From: Epiperipatus broadwayi
Lineage: Eukaryota > Animalia > Onychophora
Assembly (NCBI GenBank): GCA_028023455.1
Contig: JAQFVV010000007.1
Span: forward strand, 17,050,001-17,114,000
Length of the DNA: 64,000 nucleotides
Direction of reading: 5' to 3'
The first letter of the stretch is position 1; every line of letters starts with the position of its first letter. Of the stretch, positions 24,595 through 37,616 are shown one piece after another. Both the position numbers and the translations under genes were made by a program. The notes under the pieces were generated by a model. That model did no database searches. It was not told where the DNA came from and saw only the letters and a list, made by a program, of their open reading frames with translations.

Positions 24595-24780
24595 AAGAAG
24601 TGCCACCTGGTGTGAGCCATAGTAATCAATGGATGCTAAAAGGTTAGTACATCAAAATCCATTTCTAGTATCTACTCATCCAATACCCCCAGATTAGCTT
24701 TATGTTTTTTGGATCTGAGAGCACTGCATATGGATCTAATGCTTTCCTCCAGCAGCCACCTTTTACCCTTCTAGTTAGGT
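24595..24780 (-). mobile_element. Diverged family E copy (hammerhead largely deleted)
   Basis: Reverse complement matches ggctgctggag...gcattagatcc...gctctcagatcc and tattggatgagtag...gcatccattgattact of 59160-59350 and 60290-60460. Confidence 0.65.
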
Positions 24781-25503
24781 ATAAGGTTATGAGTCCAAAC
24801 TAAAAATGCAATAATATTTTTAAATCCAAGATAATTCGCTTGCAGAGTCAATATTGTATATAGAAAATTACTGTGTTGACAGATTGTGTATTGCATAAGA
24901 AATGGTGTTTATGTGATGTTATAGTGGTTTAGTGCCATATTTATAACCTGGGTTTAAACCTGGGATATCTAAATTTATTTCAAAAGGCTTAGAATTTTTC
25001 TCACAGATAGCTGTCTCATAGATCTCATGGCTATTTACCCAGAATTAGTCACAAAAATGGATATCTAGATATTTTTAGCTAGAGAAAAAATAATGATGGA
25101 GAACTGCTCAAATCTTCTACCTCCACAATTAAAATGCCTTCTGATTGTTGCCTTCTTCATTGTTATTTTATGAGGAATTGCTGGATTAACTTTTACTTTT
25201 GCCATGAGTTATTAAAATAAAGAGTGTCATGATACAATGGATAGTATGTTAGCTGAGAATTCTTTGAACTGAGTTTAAACACAGAGCAAAAACTGAACAT
25301 TTTTAAGAAGCTGAATAATTTACAAATAAACTCAAATTTTTAATTAGATGTTCTATACCTATCCAAACATCCAATAATAGTAAATACATTTCTATTCCTT
25401 GTCAGAGATTATGCAACTTTGAATACAACTGACTGATAGGGTCAATAAAAAAGCAATACATCATGATTGAAATATCTCCATTTTCTAGAAAACAAATATT
25501 GTC

Positions 25504-25665
25504 ACATGATCACCACTTCTTATGTTTGCTCATAACTTATTAAAACAGGCAAAACTTTCCATACAATAGTGCCACTCAATGCATGCCAGAGCTTTCTGGC
25601 ATTCATTGTTTACTCTGGCTTGCACTGAGAGGCACTACTGTATGGAGAGTTTTGCCTGTTTTAAT
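25504..25665. mobile_element. Family E fold-back with 13-bp target-site duplication
   Basis: aacaggcaaaactttccatac...ccagag pairs with ctctgg...gtatggagagttttgcctgtt; aacaaatattgtc at 25491-25503 and 25666-25678. Confidence 0.85.
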
Positions 25666-26964
25666 AACAAATATTGTCCTTGACTAATATTTCTGTAATA
25701 TAATTTTCATTACACCATTTTTATACAATGTAGGCACTGGTGTCTATCTGTTTTTAGCATCTTGTGGAGGGATGTAATCATAAACATATGACCAAAGACA
25801 TGTGAAAAAGATATGGGATACCCAAGATTCACATTTCATGCTGAACTAGCAGTTGTCATTACACTACAGAAATATTATTCATTGTTGGATAACCTCTAGT
25901 CTAATGAATGACTAATAAAATTTATTAATATCGTCCTTAACTCTTTCACTACAAACTTTTTAGGCACCCTCTAACTGCCATTTGATTCAAATTTTAGCTT
26001 TTTGTTTTTAATGATTACATCTATTCTACAATATATTCCTATAATTTTTAATTTATTTTTTAGAAATATAAGTTTACAAATGAAAAATAGTTTTAAAAAA
26101 TCATATTCCAATTTTGCAAATATAAAAAAAAAAGTAATAAACTGAAATACATATCTGAACAATAGTATTTTATCAGATCACTATAGCTGATAAAAATATA
26201 TTTTTAACAAAATATTTTTTATTTTAACTTCATTTCTAAAATCCAATAAATTTTTCTCTAGAATATATAATTAAGTTTTGAAATTTAACAGGTAGAATCT
26301 TTGCAGCACAACCTCTGCATGTGGAAGCTGATTCATTGAAATTTTGTCTTTTAAATTGCACTAAAACTATAAGCATGACATCAACAGAAATCCCGCCATT
26401 GATTGATGCTTAATTTCACCTTTAAAATGATGTATTACAATTTGAAATCAGATAAAATTTGAATTTTTTATTAATATTTTTATTAATAGGTGCATTTATT
26501 TTTTTAATTTTCTGATCAGTTTATTAGTTTACATGAGGTCGATAAAGGCAGAAAATCTTTATTGGTCTTATAAGCTAATAAACTGAATTAAAAAATATGC
26601 TGATAATTTGCATGTCAAGACCTTCAATGTGATATAAATATAATCATGAAATATTGGTCATAAGTATTAATTTTATTATTTGAATATTTTAAATATTTTT
26701 TTTTATTATTTGGCATAATTTAATAATTTGTTTGTATTGGTCTAACTGTGTATTATATAAATTAAATAATATTAAATCAATTATGCTCTTTATTACATAG
26801 TATGTAAATTTGTATTGAAATATAATAAAAGTGGTTTTGTACAGTGTAATTTTGGGTCTCTGATCCAAGTTTGAGGCAACGTTATTTTATAGACAATGAT
26901 TCTCAAAAGATTTAATTTATTAGTATGTTTATATTTGTATTGGTGTTTGTGTATTTCTCTTCAT

Positions 26965-27625
26965 GTTTGTATAACAAGTAATGATTTACATATATAGAGC
27001 AGTCCAATGTAAATTTTAAAAACTGATAATCAAATATATTGAAAGATTGCAGGTTGCAGTTGTTAAAGCAATCACAAATTTTACTGGATATAGTACCATG
27101 TGAAAATATAAACACTTAAAACCAATAAAGGGAGATTTCAAATGGTGGGTGTAATGGTAGTCACAATGGTTATGCATATACCACATGAAATTGTATACAG
27201 GCAAAGAATCAAATTCTGATCATGCCCATGTCTTGACACTCATGCTGTGGAGTCAGTAGTTTTGCCAAATCTTGCATCATATTATTTTCAAGTCTATAAC
27301 TAGCAAATGATCTATATGCAAATAAATTATATTGATGTGAGGCAATAAATACAACAAGATAACATCACTGGTGTGCATAAAGAATATAAACATCACTAAA
27401 AATATAAAATAAAGAGATGAAACTCACTTTATCAGTGATACAGACAGTAGCCTACAATTTCTAGTTTTAGATAGACAAAACGCCAATTACTATGATACAA
27501 ATGCATATCCATCTTCTGGGAATGATTTGTTTTGTATCTTTTATTAGGATGAATTTTTTTTATAGATCCCTTTGAGATTTGTTAACTTTTGGGGTACAAG
27601 ATAAAATGAAGAATTCTTATGCGAC
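26965..27625 (+). mobile_element. piggyBac-like transposase remnant (copy 1)
   Basis: AITNFTGYSTM*KYKHLKPIK followed by NGYAYTT*NLYTGKE-like text, cf. the piggyBac KFKGR..KQY.P.KP.K.GFK...GY...F.IY.GK pattern; homologous in reverse to 44860-45490. Confidence 0.7.
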
Positions 27626-30600
27626 TAATTTTGGAGATTCTGAAGCTATGGATTATGTCAGGTAAGAAGTATTATATATGGTTTGAAAGATAATTTTGTG
27701 AGGAATACAAAGAAATTATCAATGAAGATGTAATCTAGACATAGCTAATGATAAATTAGAAATTATGAACAAATAAATAATTATGTCAGATGTTGAAATT
27801 TTTTTTTTTATTTTTTGAATGTTTATCACTATTTGTCTTAGATTTATTGTTTTTCTTAGTTTTTTTAGTTTCTATCAATGTAAAGTTTTTTGCTCTAACA
27901 TTATTAAAACTGATGTTTTTATTTTTTTATTAAAACTGATGTTATTGTAAAAATTGTGTCTGAGGTCAGTTTTTAAAAAATTCAATATGGCGCCTTGCAG
28001 AATCAACCAGTTTAGGAAATCTTTGAAAAGAATATTGAGTTATTATTTTAAAAAAATCTCAAAATGTTAGAATTATTTAGAGAAATTGATACAATTGAAT
28101 TTAAAATGCCACTAATTGGCATGTTTTTTTTTGTTGTCAGATCTAAGAGTACTTACTAATGTTCTTCCCAACCTCATCTTTTGTTAGACATTGAAAAATG
28201 TATATTTTTTGTAATTGTTTGTGTATTTATGATTATTTGTGTAAAGTATTCGTGAAATATTTATTCTCTGATGAGAATATAGTTTAGATTGATATATTTG
28301 GAATTGTTTCATTTTGTAGCAGTACACATAAAAAAATAATGAATCACAGTTTGTCACTTTTAAATAATTATAAGTGGAAAACTTTAATAGTTCGAACTAT
28401 TTATTTTTTAATAGAATGGTTGAGTAAGAAAACTTTTATGTTTGTCACTTATATACATATGTATGTTTGTAAATGTTACATATATTTTTATAATTAAAAA
28501 TATTTTTAAATTATCTGATTTTCAAAACATCTTAAGATGAAGATTTATATTATAAATGAACTGAATTTCTTGACTCTAGAGAATTAGCTATTTTAAGTAT
28601 ATGAATAATTAGAATATATGTTTCTTTATATCCTTTTTTTATCTAGTCATTGGGATTTATGTATGTATGTATGCATGTATTGTTACGAGTACCCCCTTAC
28701 ATCCTTCCAATACTTATTATACACCATATGGCCTAAACCAAATCCAAGACCCATGATATTAGTGTTATTTATTATTGACTAGATTAATAAATATTAAAGC
28801 ACTAAAATTGTCAAACCATTAATTGCAACACACATTTTAAACTTCAACTTAATTATACTGTAAATAAATATTTCATTTAAATTATAAAACATACACGATA
28901 ACTAATCTGTAGCAATTGTTACCTTGTTAACTCCAACACAATACAATAATGCTTGGTAAACAAGATCGGATAAATGAACGCACACAAGAAATGAAAATTA
29001 ATATTAAAGTAAAGAAATGTCAAATAAAAATATTGTTATTAACAAATTATATATATTAATATTCATTAAAAATGATGGACTTAAATGATGATCACGAACT
29101 AATAATGTTTTTAGTTGAACTATTTATTACCTTCTCCAAAAAGAGAGAAAATTTCTTATCTGCTGAATAACCTACAAAAATTTAGGTAGAGGATTCGAAT
29201 TTACAATTCAAAGAGAAACATCAGCCAATTTTGAGTAGAAATATTATTAAAACCTAATATCTGATTATCTGAAGAAGTGAGAACAAATGTATAAAATTAA
29301 AATTAGCCAACCAAGGAATTCGAAATTGAAATTTTTGCAAGTAAATTCAAAATGTCAGGCACTATCTAGAGGCTAAACAATAATACAAAAAATATTAATA
29401 TTACTTCATTCAAAATAAGTCATTAAAGAAAAATATAAATAATGATAAAGACAAATATGCATTGCTAAGTGCAAAGTAACATTGGGGAATGAAATTTCAT
29501 CATCCATGGAGCTATAACTTGTCAGAACCAGGATGGAATTGACTTAGCACTTTACACCTGCACTATGACACATCAAATTGATTCTTAATGAATGGATCCT
29601 ATAACTCTCCACTTCAAAGCAGAAATTCTAAAGCTATAAAAGATAAATGATTTAATGGATGTTCTAGAACACACAACTTACCATCCATACCTGAAATGGA
29701 TTAATAAGGATTACTGGAACGATTCACTGTGACATTTTTCCTTATAAACTTCAAAACCATGTTTAAGTTGATGTCATTCACTTTATTTATCTGTATATTT
29801 GATATGATTTTTTTTCTTTATTTTACTTTAATATAGAGACAAAATGGGTTATATAAGTGTTAGCATGTAATATAATGAAGAAATATTGATGCCTTTAGTA
29901 TAAGCAAAATAAAATATATTTTATGATGAGCGCTTGATTGCATACTAATGCAATCATCAACAAAGGCAAACAGTTAGATTTTACCTAATATGTATTATAT
30001 ACTCGTAGACCATACACTTTTCTTTGTTTGTTCATATTAATAGTTGTGTTAAATGTTTCCCGTATATTTGACTAACTATTTCTGTCATAAATAGTCTTCC
30101 TTATCTCTATCATGACTACTGTGCACAACAGGAATCCCAGATCACCATGGTGACAGATAGTAATCTAATATACAAAGTTAATTAAAATAAAATGAATTAT
30201 GAGTTTCAAGTAGGAATATAAAAAGTAAAGATGATTATGATAATCCTAAACATAATATAAATTTCATTTATGTTAACAGGGACATTATTAAGAGGCTATT
30301 TTTTTTGTGGGCTTCAGGGTTTAGAATAATATTTACAACCAATTATAAGCAAAGAATAACCATAAATGTCTATTTAAATATTTTATAATTTTATTTTAAA
30401 TTTTCTTTGTTAAAAATATTAATCGCTGTAAATATAGTTATTAAATATATTCAAATGTTAAATTAAAACTCTTGGTATGTTTTTCTAACTTTCAATTAAT
30501 CATATCTTCTCATATATTTAAAAATATTTTTGCCCATTTACACATAAGTTCATATTCACACCTATCATTAAACACCTACACATGTTTACACCTATCTGTA

Positions 30601-30959
30601 TTTTAAATGATACTATTATAACCTAAATTAGGTAATCATGCAGAGTCTCCATAAGTTTGAAACTCAGGCTAACAGAAATAAAATATGGCATGGATGAGTA
30701 AGTTATAATATATTTAATATTTAGTTGATTCTTAACCTCTCTTCTCCTAGAAATGAGATCAATGCATATGTGGTATAAATAGGTACGTACGTACTCAAAA
30801 ATATATTCTTTTATTTACTGTGATGACCTCACTAACCTATTTTCATACCAGGAAAATCCTGTTCCATTACAGTATGTATATATGTATGTATTATGTGTGT
30901 GTGCATGTGTATGCATGCATGCATCCTTATGTATATATGTATGTGTATGTATATGTTTG

Positions 30960-33900
30960 GTTACAGAAAGGATTTTGCTATTAACTGAAAGGAGACCCCT
31001 CAATTCCTCTTGGAGGCCTTAAAGGAACCAAGGAGAGCAAATTCCTAATGTCCATTCCACACATTCTTGTCGTTGCAGCTGTTATTACTAAGTAATTATT
31101 CATATAGTATACGAACATGGATAGGTTGCTCACCAACACACATTATCCAGCATGGTGAGTTTATTGGCTTTTTACCTCTGAGTTTAAGATCAAGAAACAC
31201 CATGATCTTTCTTCTCAGTTGCCTGATAAGGCAGAATGTTTGTGTAAATGATAAATATTTTTCCAATACATATATACAATTATGACAGACAAAAATAAAT
31301 CATGGCCCTTATTCCCAGGTGGCTGTAAAGTCACCAACCATGGCAGCGATTGAGTGGCTGAAGGCAGAGGGTGCTAAGTATCCCTGATTGCAGACCAAGG
31401 CTGCCATTTGATGACGACTTTTTATTTAAGTACTTATAACTGCAGATCACTTTTAAGTGAAGGAAGATTGCAAGAATTAGAAGAAGAACTGTCTTATATT
31501 AAATGGGACATTATTTGACTTTGTGAAGTTAGAAGAAAAGGTGAAGAGACAATTGATTTAAAAAGTGGACACGTATTCTATTATAAAAACCATAAATATT
31601 GGAAATACAAATGGAGTAGGATTCATTATAAATAAAAAGTGGAAGAACAACATTGTGGAGATTGATGGTGTATCGGACAGAGTGGCAAGATTAGTTATAC
31701 AACTTAATAGCAGATACCAAATGCAGATAATTCAGGTTTATGCCCCAACAAGTTCTCATAGTGATGAAGTAGTAGAAGATTTTTATATGGATGTACAAAA
31801 GGCTTTTGATCAGAGTAAACAATATTTTAAAATTGTTATGGGAGACTTTAATGCTAGAATTGGTAAACAAATGAAAGATGAAAGTGCTGTAGGTAATTTT
31901 GGTTATGGTAATAGAAATGAGAGAGGACATAGACTTGTGGAGTTTGCAGAAAAAGAAAAACTTTATATTATGAATTCTTTTTTTGAGAAAAATGTTAAAA
32001 GGAAATGGACATGGAAGCATCCAAATGAAGGTACAGCAGAATTGGATTATATTTTGACTAACAGAAAATACATATTTCAAGATTGTAATGTTCTTAATAA
32101 ATTTAACACAGGAAGTGATCATCGATTAGTAAGATGTAAGATACGTGTTAATGCAAAACTAGAGAGACAAAAATTATTAAGAAAAACAATATTTACAGTT
32201 GATATTCCTAATCTTCAGAAACATTCTAATGAATTTAAATTAGAACTTACAAATCAGTTTCAAGTATTAGTAGATTTTGAACATGATTCAGATTTGAATG
32301 AAATTAATATGAAAATAACTGATACACTTTTAAAAACTGCAACAAAGATAGCTGGTAGAAAAAAGCAGCAATTGACCAATAAAATTTCTACTGAGACTAG
32401 AGAATTTATGAAGAAAAGAAGGAATATGAAGATATACAAAAATGATGCATTAAAAAGGATTGAATATCTTGAATTTTGTAAAATGGTGCAGAAAAGAGTT
32501 GAAAATGATATAAGAAAGTATAACTGTGAACTAGCAAGGAAAGCTGTAGAAGAGAATAAAAGTCTCAAGAATGTAAAACAACATTTTGGTATTGGTAGGA
32601 AATTTATATCTGCAATAAGAAAAAAAGATGGAATTATTACTAAAAAGAGAGATGACATCATGAAATGGGTAGAAGACTTTTATCAAGAATTATATAGTAA
32701 TAAAGAACAAGTACCTCCTATATCTATTACATCTTCCGAATTGCCCAGAATTTTAAATGAAGAAGTGAGACATGCAATTAAATGTATGAAGAAAGGAAAG
32801 GCTCCAGGTAATGATGGAATTATAATTGATATATTAAAAGAAGCAGGTGAAGAAATAGAAATTTTTTTAGCAAAGTTATATACCAAATGTCTAAATGATA
32901 AAGATGTACCAGATGATTGGAAGAATGCAGTATTAATATTAATATTTAAAAAAGGTGATAAAGAAGATATTAGAAATTACAGACCTATCAGCCTTTTATC
33001 AGTTTTATACAAAATTTTTACCAAGATAATTACAACTCGTCTACAGAGAACATTGGATTTCCACCAACCAAGAGAACAAGCTGGATTTAAAAGTGGTTTT
33101 AGTACAGTAGATCATATCCAGGTATTGAGAGAAGTTATAGAAAGGACAAATGAATATGAGTTGCCATTATGCTTTGGATTTGTAGATTATGAAAAGGCAT
33201 TTGATTCTATAAACATTTCTTCAGTGATTAAAGCATTGGATCATCAAGGTATAGATCCAGGATATTGTCATATTTTAAAGAATATTTATAAAAATGCAAC
33301 AGCAACAATTAGATTACATAATGATACTGGGAAAGTCAACATTGAGAAGGGTGTAAGACAGGGTGACTCCATATCTCCAAAACTTTTTACAGCAGTGCTG
33401 CAAGAAGTATTTTGTGGATTAAAATGGAAAGCTAAAGGAGTGAAAGTAAATGGAGATTATTTAAGTCATTTAGATTTTGCAGATGATGTAGTTGTTTTTG
33501 CAAATAATGCTTTAGAGCTGCAAGAAATGTTGCAGGAGTTATCAGATGAAAGTAGGACTAAAGATAAATGTTAAAAAGACTAAAGTAATGTTTAATGGAT
33601 TTTCTCAAAATATGAAAATAAAGATTGATTATGATGAGTTAGAAGAAGTTAACAGTTACAAATACCTTGGTCAGATTATTAATACAGATGGAAACATAAT
33701 GGATGAAATTAATCATAGAATTAAACTTGGTTGGAGTGCTTTTGGTAGAAATAACTTGATACTAAAAGGAAATATGCCTATGTGTTTGAAAAGGAAGGTT
33801 TTTAATAAATGTGTTTTACCAGTTCTTACTTATGGATCTGAGACTTGGACACTTAATAGAAGAGCAATGCAGAGACTTCAGACCACTCAAAGAAGTATGG

Positions 33901-34238
33901 AGAGATGCATGTTGGGAGTAACAAGAAGAGATCGAAAACGCAATATATGGGTAAGAGAACAAACAGGTGTTACTGACTTCACTGAAAAAATTTAAAGGAT
34001 TGAAGTGGAGTTGGGCTGGATATATTGCTAGAAGAGATGATAATAGATGGACAATTGAAATCTTAAACTGAATTCCAAGAGATTGTAAAAGACCCAGAAA
34101 GAGATCACATGTAAGATGATGGATGAAATAAGAAAAGTGTGCAGGGATGATGTGGAGAAGAGAAGCTAAAGATCGGAGATGGATTGAATTTGGAGAGACC
34201 TTCATCCTGCAGTGGATTGATTATGGTTGATGATGATG
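30960..34238 (+). mobile_element. RTE-clade LINE, near full length (APE-RT), with a few disabling lesions
   Basis: STYNCRSLLSEGRLQELEEELSYIKWDII*LCEVRRKG, then the 669-aa ORF (GVGF, VYAPT, MGDFNA, SDHRLV, NYRPISLL, EQAGF, FVDYEKAFD, GVRQGD, FADD), continuing in 33546-33995 (YKYLG, VLPVLTYGSETW). RTE-type tail cagtggattgattatggttgatgatgatg. The 5' boundary is approximate. Confidence 0.95.
31565..33574 (+). CDS. RTE retrotransposon ORF (endonuclease/reverse transcriptase), largest uninterrupted frame
   Basis: 669-aa ORF with APE and RT motifs; truncated by frameshifts at both ends. Confidence 0.85.
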   Translation: MDTYSIIKTINIGNTNGVGFIINKKWKNNIVEIDGVSDRVARLVIQLNSRYQMQIIQVYAPTSSHSDEVVEDFYMDVQKAFDQSKQYFKIVMGDFNARIGKQMKDESAVGNFGYGNRNERGHRLVEFAEKEKLYIMNSFFEKNVKRKWTWKHPNEGTAELDYILTNRKYIFQDCNVLNKFNTGSDHRLVRCKIRVNAKLERQKLLRKTIFTVDIPNLQKHSNEFKLELTNQFQVLVDFEHDSDLNEINMKITDTLLKTATKIAGRKKQQLTNKISTETREFMKKRRNMKIYKNDALKRIEYLEFCKMVQKRVENDIRKYNCELARKAVEENKSLKNVKQHFGIGRKFISAIRKKDGIITKKRDDIMKWVEDFYQELYSNKEQVPPISITSSELPRILNEEVRHAIKCMKKGKAPGNDGIIIDILKEAGEEIEIFLAKLYTKCLNDKDVPDDWKNAVLILIFKKGDKEDIRNYRPISLLSVLYKIFTKIITTRLQRTLDFHQPREQAGFKSGFSTVDHIQVLREVIERTNEYELPLCFGFVDYEKAFDSINISSVIKALDHQGIDPGYCHILKNIYKNATATIRLHNDTGKVNIEKGVRQGDSISPKLFTAVLQEVFCGLKWKAKGVKVNGDYLSHLDFADDVVVFANNALELQEMLQELSDESRTKDKC

Positions 34239-36164
34239 CGTGCGTTCGTGTGTATGCACGTTTATGTATACATGTGTATGTGCGTTCGCGCATGCACGCG
34301 CACACACATATACATACATATATAAATCCTAATGGTTAGATAAAACAAGGATATAAAGAAATATATTCTAATTATTCATTTACTTAAAATAAATAATTCT
34401 CTAGAGTCAAGAAATTCAGCTCCTTTATAATATAAATCTTCATTTTAAGCTTAAAGTTTTGAAAATCAGATAATTTAAAAATATTTTTAATTATAAAAAT
34501 ATATTGAGCATTCTCAAACATACATTCTTATATGTGACAAATATAAAAGTTTTCTTTCTTAACCATTCTATTAAAAGATAAATAGTTCGAACTATTAAGG
34601 AAATTTTTGTCATAATTTTAAATTAGATTAATATTATGGCTTATAAATTTTGTTTTATTTTTAAAGTTATATTTATTACTTTATAATAAATTGTTTAATT
34701 TAAAAAAACAAATGACGATTTTTTTTTCAATTTTGGCGATTAATAAAATATTTAGAATTTACTAATACATATAAATGGTATCTAAATATGTTTTCCCAAG
34801 TGAGATAAAACAAAAAATAAGTAATTATCTAAAACAGATTTTTAAAAAACCTTGCAATAGATGAACTCGCAAGACCTAGAAATCATCAGCGTCCATATTT
34901 GCAGATATGCTGTTCGCCTAAGAGAATCATATTCACGTGACATAGCCTCTACCCCAAATGGACGGTATAATGAAACTGTAAGCGGTCATTTATTAATTTA
35001 CTATTACAAATTATTATTGGCATTGATCTAAAATTGTCCAAATAAATCAAATAACATCATTTTTGAAATGATATGAATGTTGAACATGCATCTATACCAT
35101 GATTGATCAATGCATCATATTCGTTATTCATGTTTTTTTTCTTTGTGATTTACCTATTCTCTTTTACCTCATCTTATAAATATGTATCTATAATTCTTTG
35201 TCTATGTACTTATATCATTTCATATATAGTGTCTGTATAAACTGTCTGTTAACTTTGCATATTGTAAAAATGTTTCTTTCTCAACATGTTTGCTATCCCA
35301 TATCTTTTTCAACATATTTGACATCTGTCATATATAATCATCTAAATTCCTTTTTTCTAATTACATTTCATTCACATTTATGGTTTGCTGTTCACAATGC
35401 ACTACTCAATGCATACCTAATTCTTTTTATATTCTATCTACAATTTCCATGTTTCTAGCTAATGCAATATATATTATTTATAGATGTTAAAGCAGATACC
35501 GCAGTTCTCCAATTTATTTTACATGCTGCATATTTATTATGAAAACTATAATAGATTTTTACTTGGCCCCATTCTGTTTGGGCTTTTTTTTTAATTCCCA
35601 TTTATTTGTATTCAAACATTTTTATTTAAATTAGAAATTTTGTTTCCTTGATTGGTTCAAATCATATCATTGATTTTTAACATACTTTCATCGAATAGAT
35701 TTTCTTCAAATTTTGTACATGTGTTAGATATCAATAATCATGCAGTGTGATAATATAATATTTCAGGGTTGACCAGACAAATTGTGCTGGCAGACTGAAT
35801 TCAAACTATATTATCACTTTAGTATGTTTTCAATGTTATGCAATAGATGGTGGTATATTTTTTTTAAAAATAAACTTTCATTGAATTACATAATCACTTA
35901 ATTTCTTTTAATTGTTGAATTACAACATTGCATTCATAAACATTGTAAACAATTTTTAATGCAAATGAATTTTATTTCAAATATTATATACAGCCATTCT
36001 GGTTGTTAGTCAGTTTTTAAATTTGAATACAAAAAAATCTGTTGCAAAATATCTTAATACCAAAATAAAAAATAACAGCTAAAAAAAATTTTTTTTAAAA
36101 AAAAAAAATGCTTTTATTTAATTTGACTGATAATACACTAAAAATCAAGAAATATTTTATTCTT

Positions 36165-36460
36165 CAGTCTCAAACTTCTAATCCTGAGCAATAATATCAT
36201 ATGCCTTCTTTTTTTTAACCTATGTACTTTGGCATAGTTGATACAGCATCCAATTTGGGATCCAGACATCCTGGGATAGATTCTGACACTTGCTGATCTG
36301 GCACTCAAACTTCTCATGAACTCCTGGGAAATAATGTCATATGCCTTCTTTTTTTGATCTGTGGGGTTTGACGTAGTTGGTTCAGTATTCAATTTGGGAT
36401 CCAGAGGTTCTGGGATAGATTCTATCACTTGAGGGTCTGACACTCAAACTTCTTATGAAT
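36165..36460. repeat. ~135-140-bp tandem repeat (about 2.2 units), related to 16415-16470
   Basis: ataat(a/g)tcatatgccttcttttt at 36191 and 36331; ctcaaacttct at 36169, 36303 and 36443; similar motif cgctcgaacttctcatgatctctcgggcaataatgctatatgtcttc at ~16420. Confidence 0.75.
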
Positions 36461-36859
36461 TCCTTATATGTCTTTATATATATATATAACTACTGAATAA
36501 ATTAATGATCATTATATAATTATATAGCAGTAAAAACAGATACCTAATATTGAACTTGGAAAATAGCTTTATTCAACATCAAGTCAAACTGTTATATCAT
36601 ATCTATTGAAGAAGGACCATTAATCAGATAATTATTTGTAATATTCAGTATGTTTCCTAAGAGGATAAATAAAGTCCCAGATAGACTGTAACACACACAA
36701 AAAAACATGACTATATCAAAATTACCTAACAATAAGGCAGCACTAATATATTCTTGATGTCTAAACAGTTCTTGTTTTAATCAATGAGGATTGCCAATTC
36801 CTCAACATACTTAGCCAGAGAAAGCATTTAAAATATCTCTGTCAGGAACCCCTCCCCAA

Positions 36860-36902
36860 ACCCCTGACCATGGTTTTGTGTTTTGGCACTCCTCAGAGAG
36901 AT
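36860..36902 (-). ncRNA. Type I hammerhead ribozyme motif (family D, copy 1)
   Basis: Reverse complement: atctct CTGAGGA gtgc caaa acac AAAA CCATGG TC aggggt; the G of GAAA is mutated (CpG-type change). Confidence 0.7.
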
Positions 36903-37171
36903 GTCAGGGTAGGTTCAGACACTAGATCTAAAAATACCAACCCAAAGCCAGCATTTAACTAAAAGTTATTTATTGAGTGGAAAATCTGAAATTTTCAGAC
37001 ACCTACATGTCTTCAAACCGAGATATCCAATTCAAATAGCTATATGGGGCTGATAGATCTTCAGCCATACCATATATTAGTAGTCTTAGCAATATAACAT
37101 TGCATAAGACTTAAGTTAAATGCTGGCTTTGGGTTGGTATTTTTAGATCTAGTGTCTGAACCTACTCTGAC

Positions 37172-37214
37172 ACCTCTCTGAGGAGTGCCAAAGCAAGAAA
37201 CCATGGTCAGGGGT
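37172..37214 (+). ncRNA. Type I hammerhead ribozyme motif (family D, copy 2)
   Basis: acctct CTGAGGA gtgc caaa gcaa GAAA CCATGG TC aggggt: core intact, 6-bp stem I, palindromic stem III ACCAUGGU, GUC triplet (cut after 37208); the stem II closing pair is G-A instead of G-C. Confidence 0.8.
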
Positions 37215-37573
37215 CTGGGGAGGGGTTCTTGACAGAGATATTTTAAATGCTTTCTCTGGCTAAGTATTTAACACAAAGCTTGTTGAGGAATTGGCAATCC
37301 TCATTGTTTATAACTTACAAGCTTAAGAGAATAGGGTCATGTGATCTATGACTCTTATTTTGACTATTTATAGTCTCTGCCTTAAGTCTTATGCAATGTT
37401 ATATTGCTAAGACTACTAATATATGGTATGGCTGAAGATCTATCAGCCCCATATAGGGTTTGAAGACATGTAGGTGTCTGAAAATTTCAGATTTTCCACT
37501 CAATAGATAAATTTTAGTTAAATGCTGGCTTTGGGTTGGTATTTTTAGATCTAGTGTCTGAACCTATCCTGAC

Positions 37574-37616
37574 ACCTCTATGAGGAGTGCCAAAGCATTA
37601 AACCATGGTCAGGGGT
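37574..37616 (+). ncRNA. Type I hammerhead ribozyme motif (family D, copy 3, core mutated)
   Basis: acctct ATGAGGA gtgc caaa gcat TAAA CCATGG TC aggggt; GUC ends at 37610. Confidence 0.7.

Noticed and set aside
27606-27661. Apparent first coding exon MKNSYATNFGDSEAMDYV with a GTAAG donor
   Set aside because: Its acceptor and 5' part lie in the piggyBac-derived repeat shared with 44860-44920; no compatible downstream exon was found.
30960-31060. HDV-like ribozyme at the RTE 5' end
   Set aside because: A hairpin (aggattttgct/agcaaattcct) exists, but I could not thread the P1-P2-P3-P1.1-P4 order.
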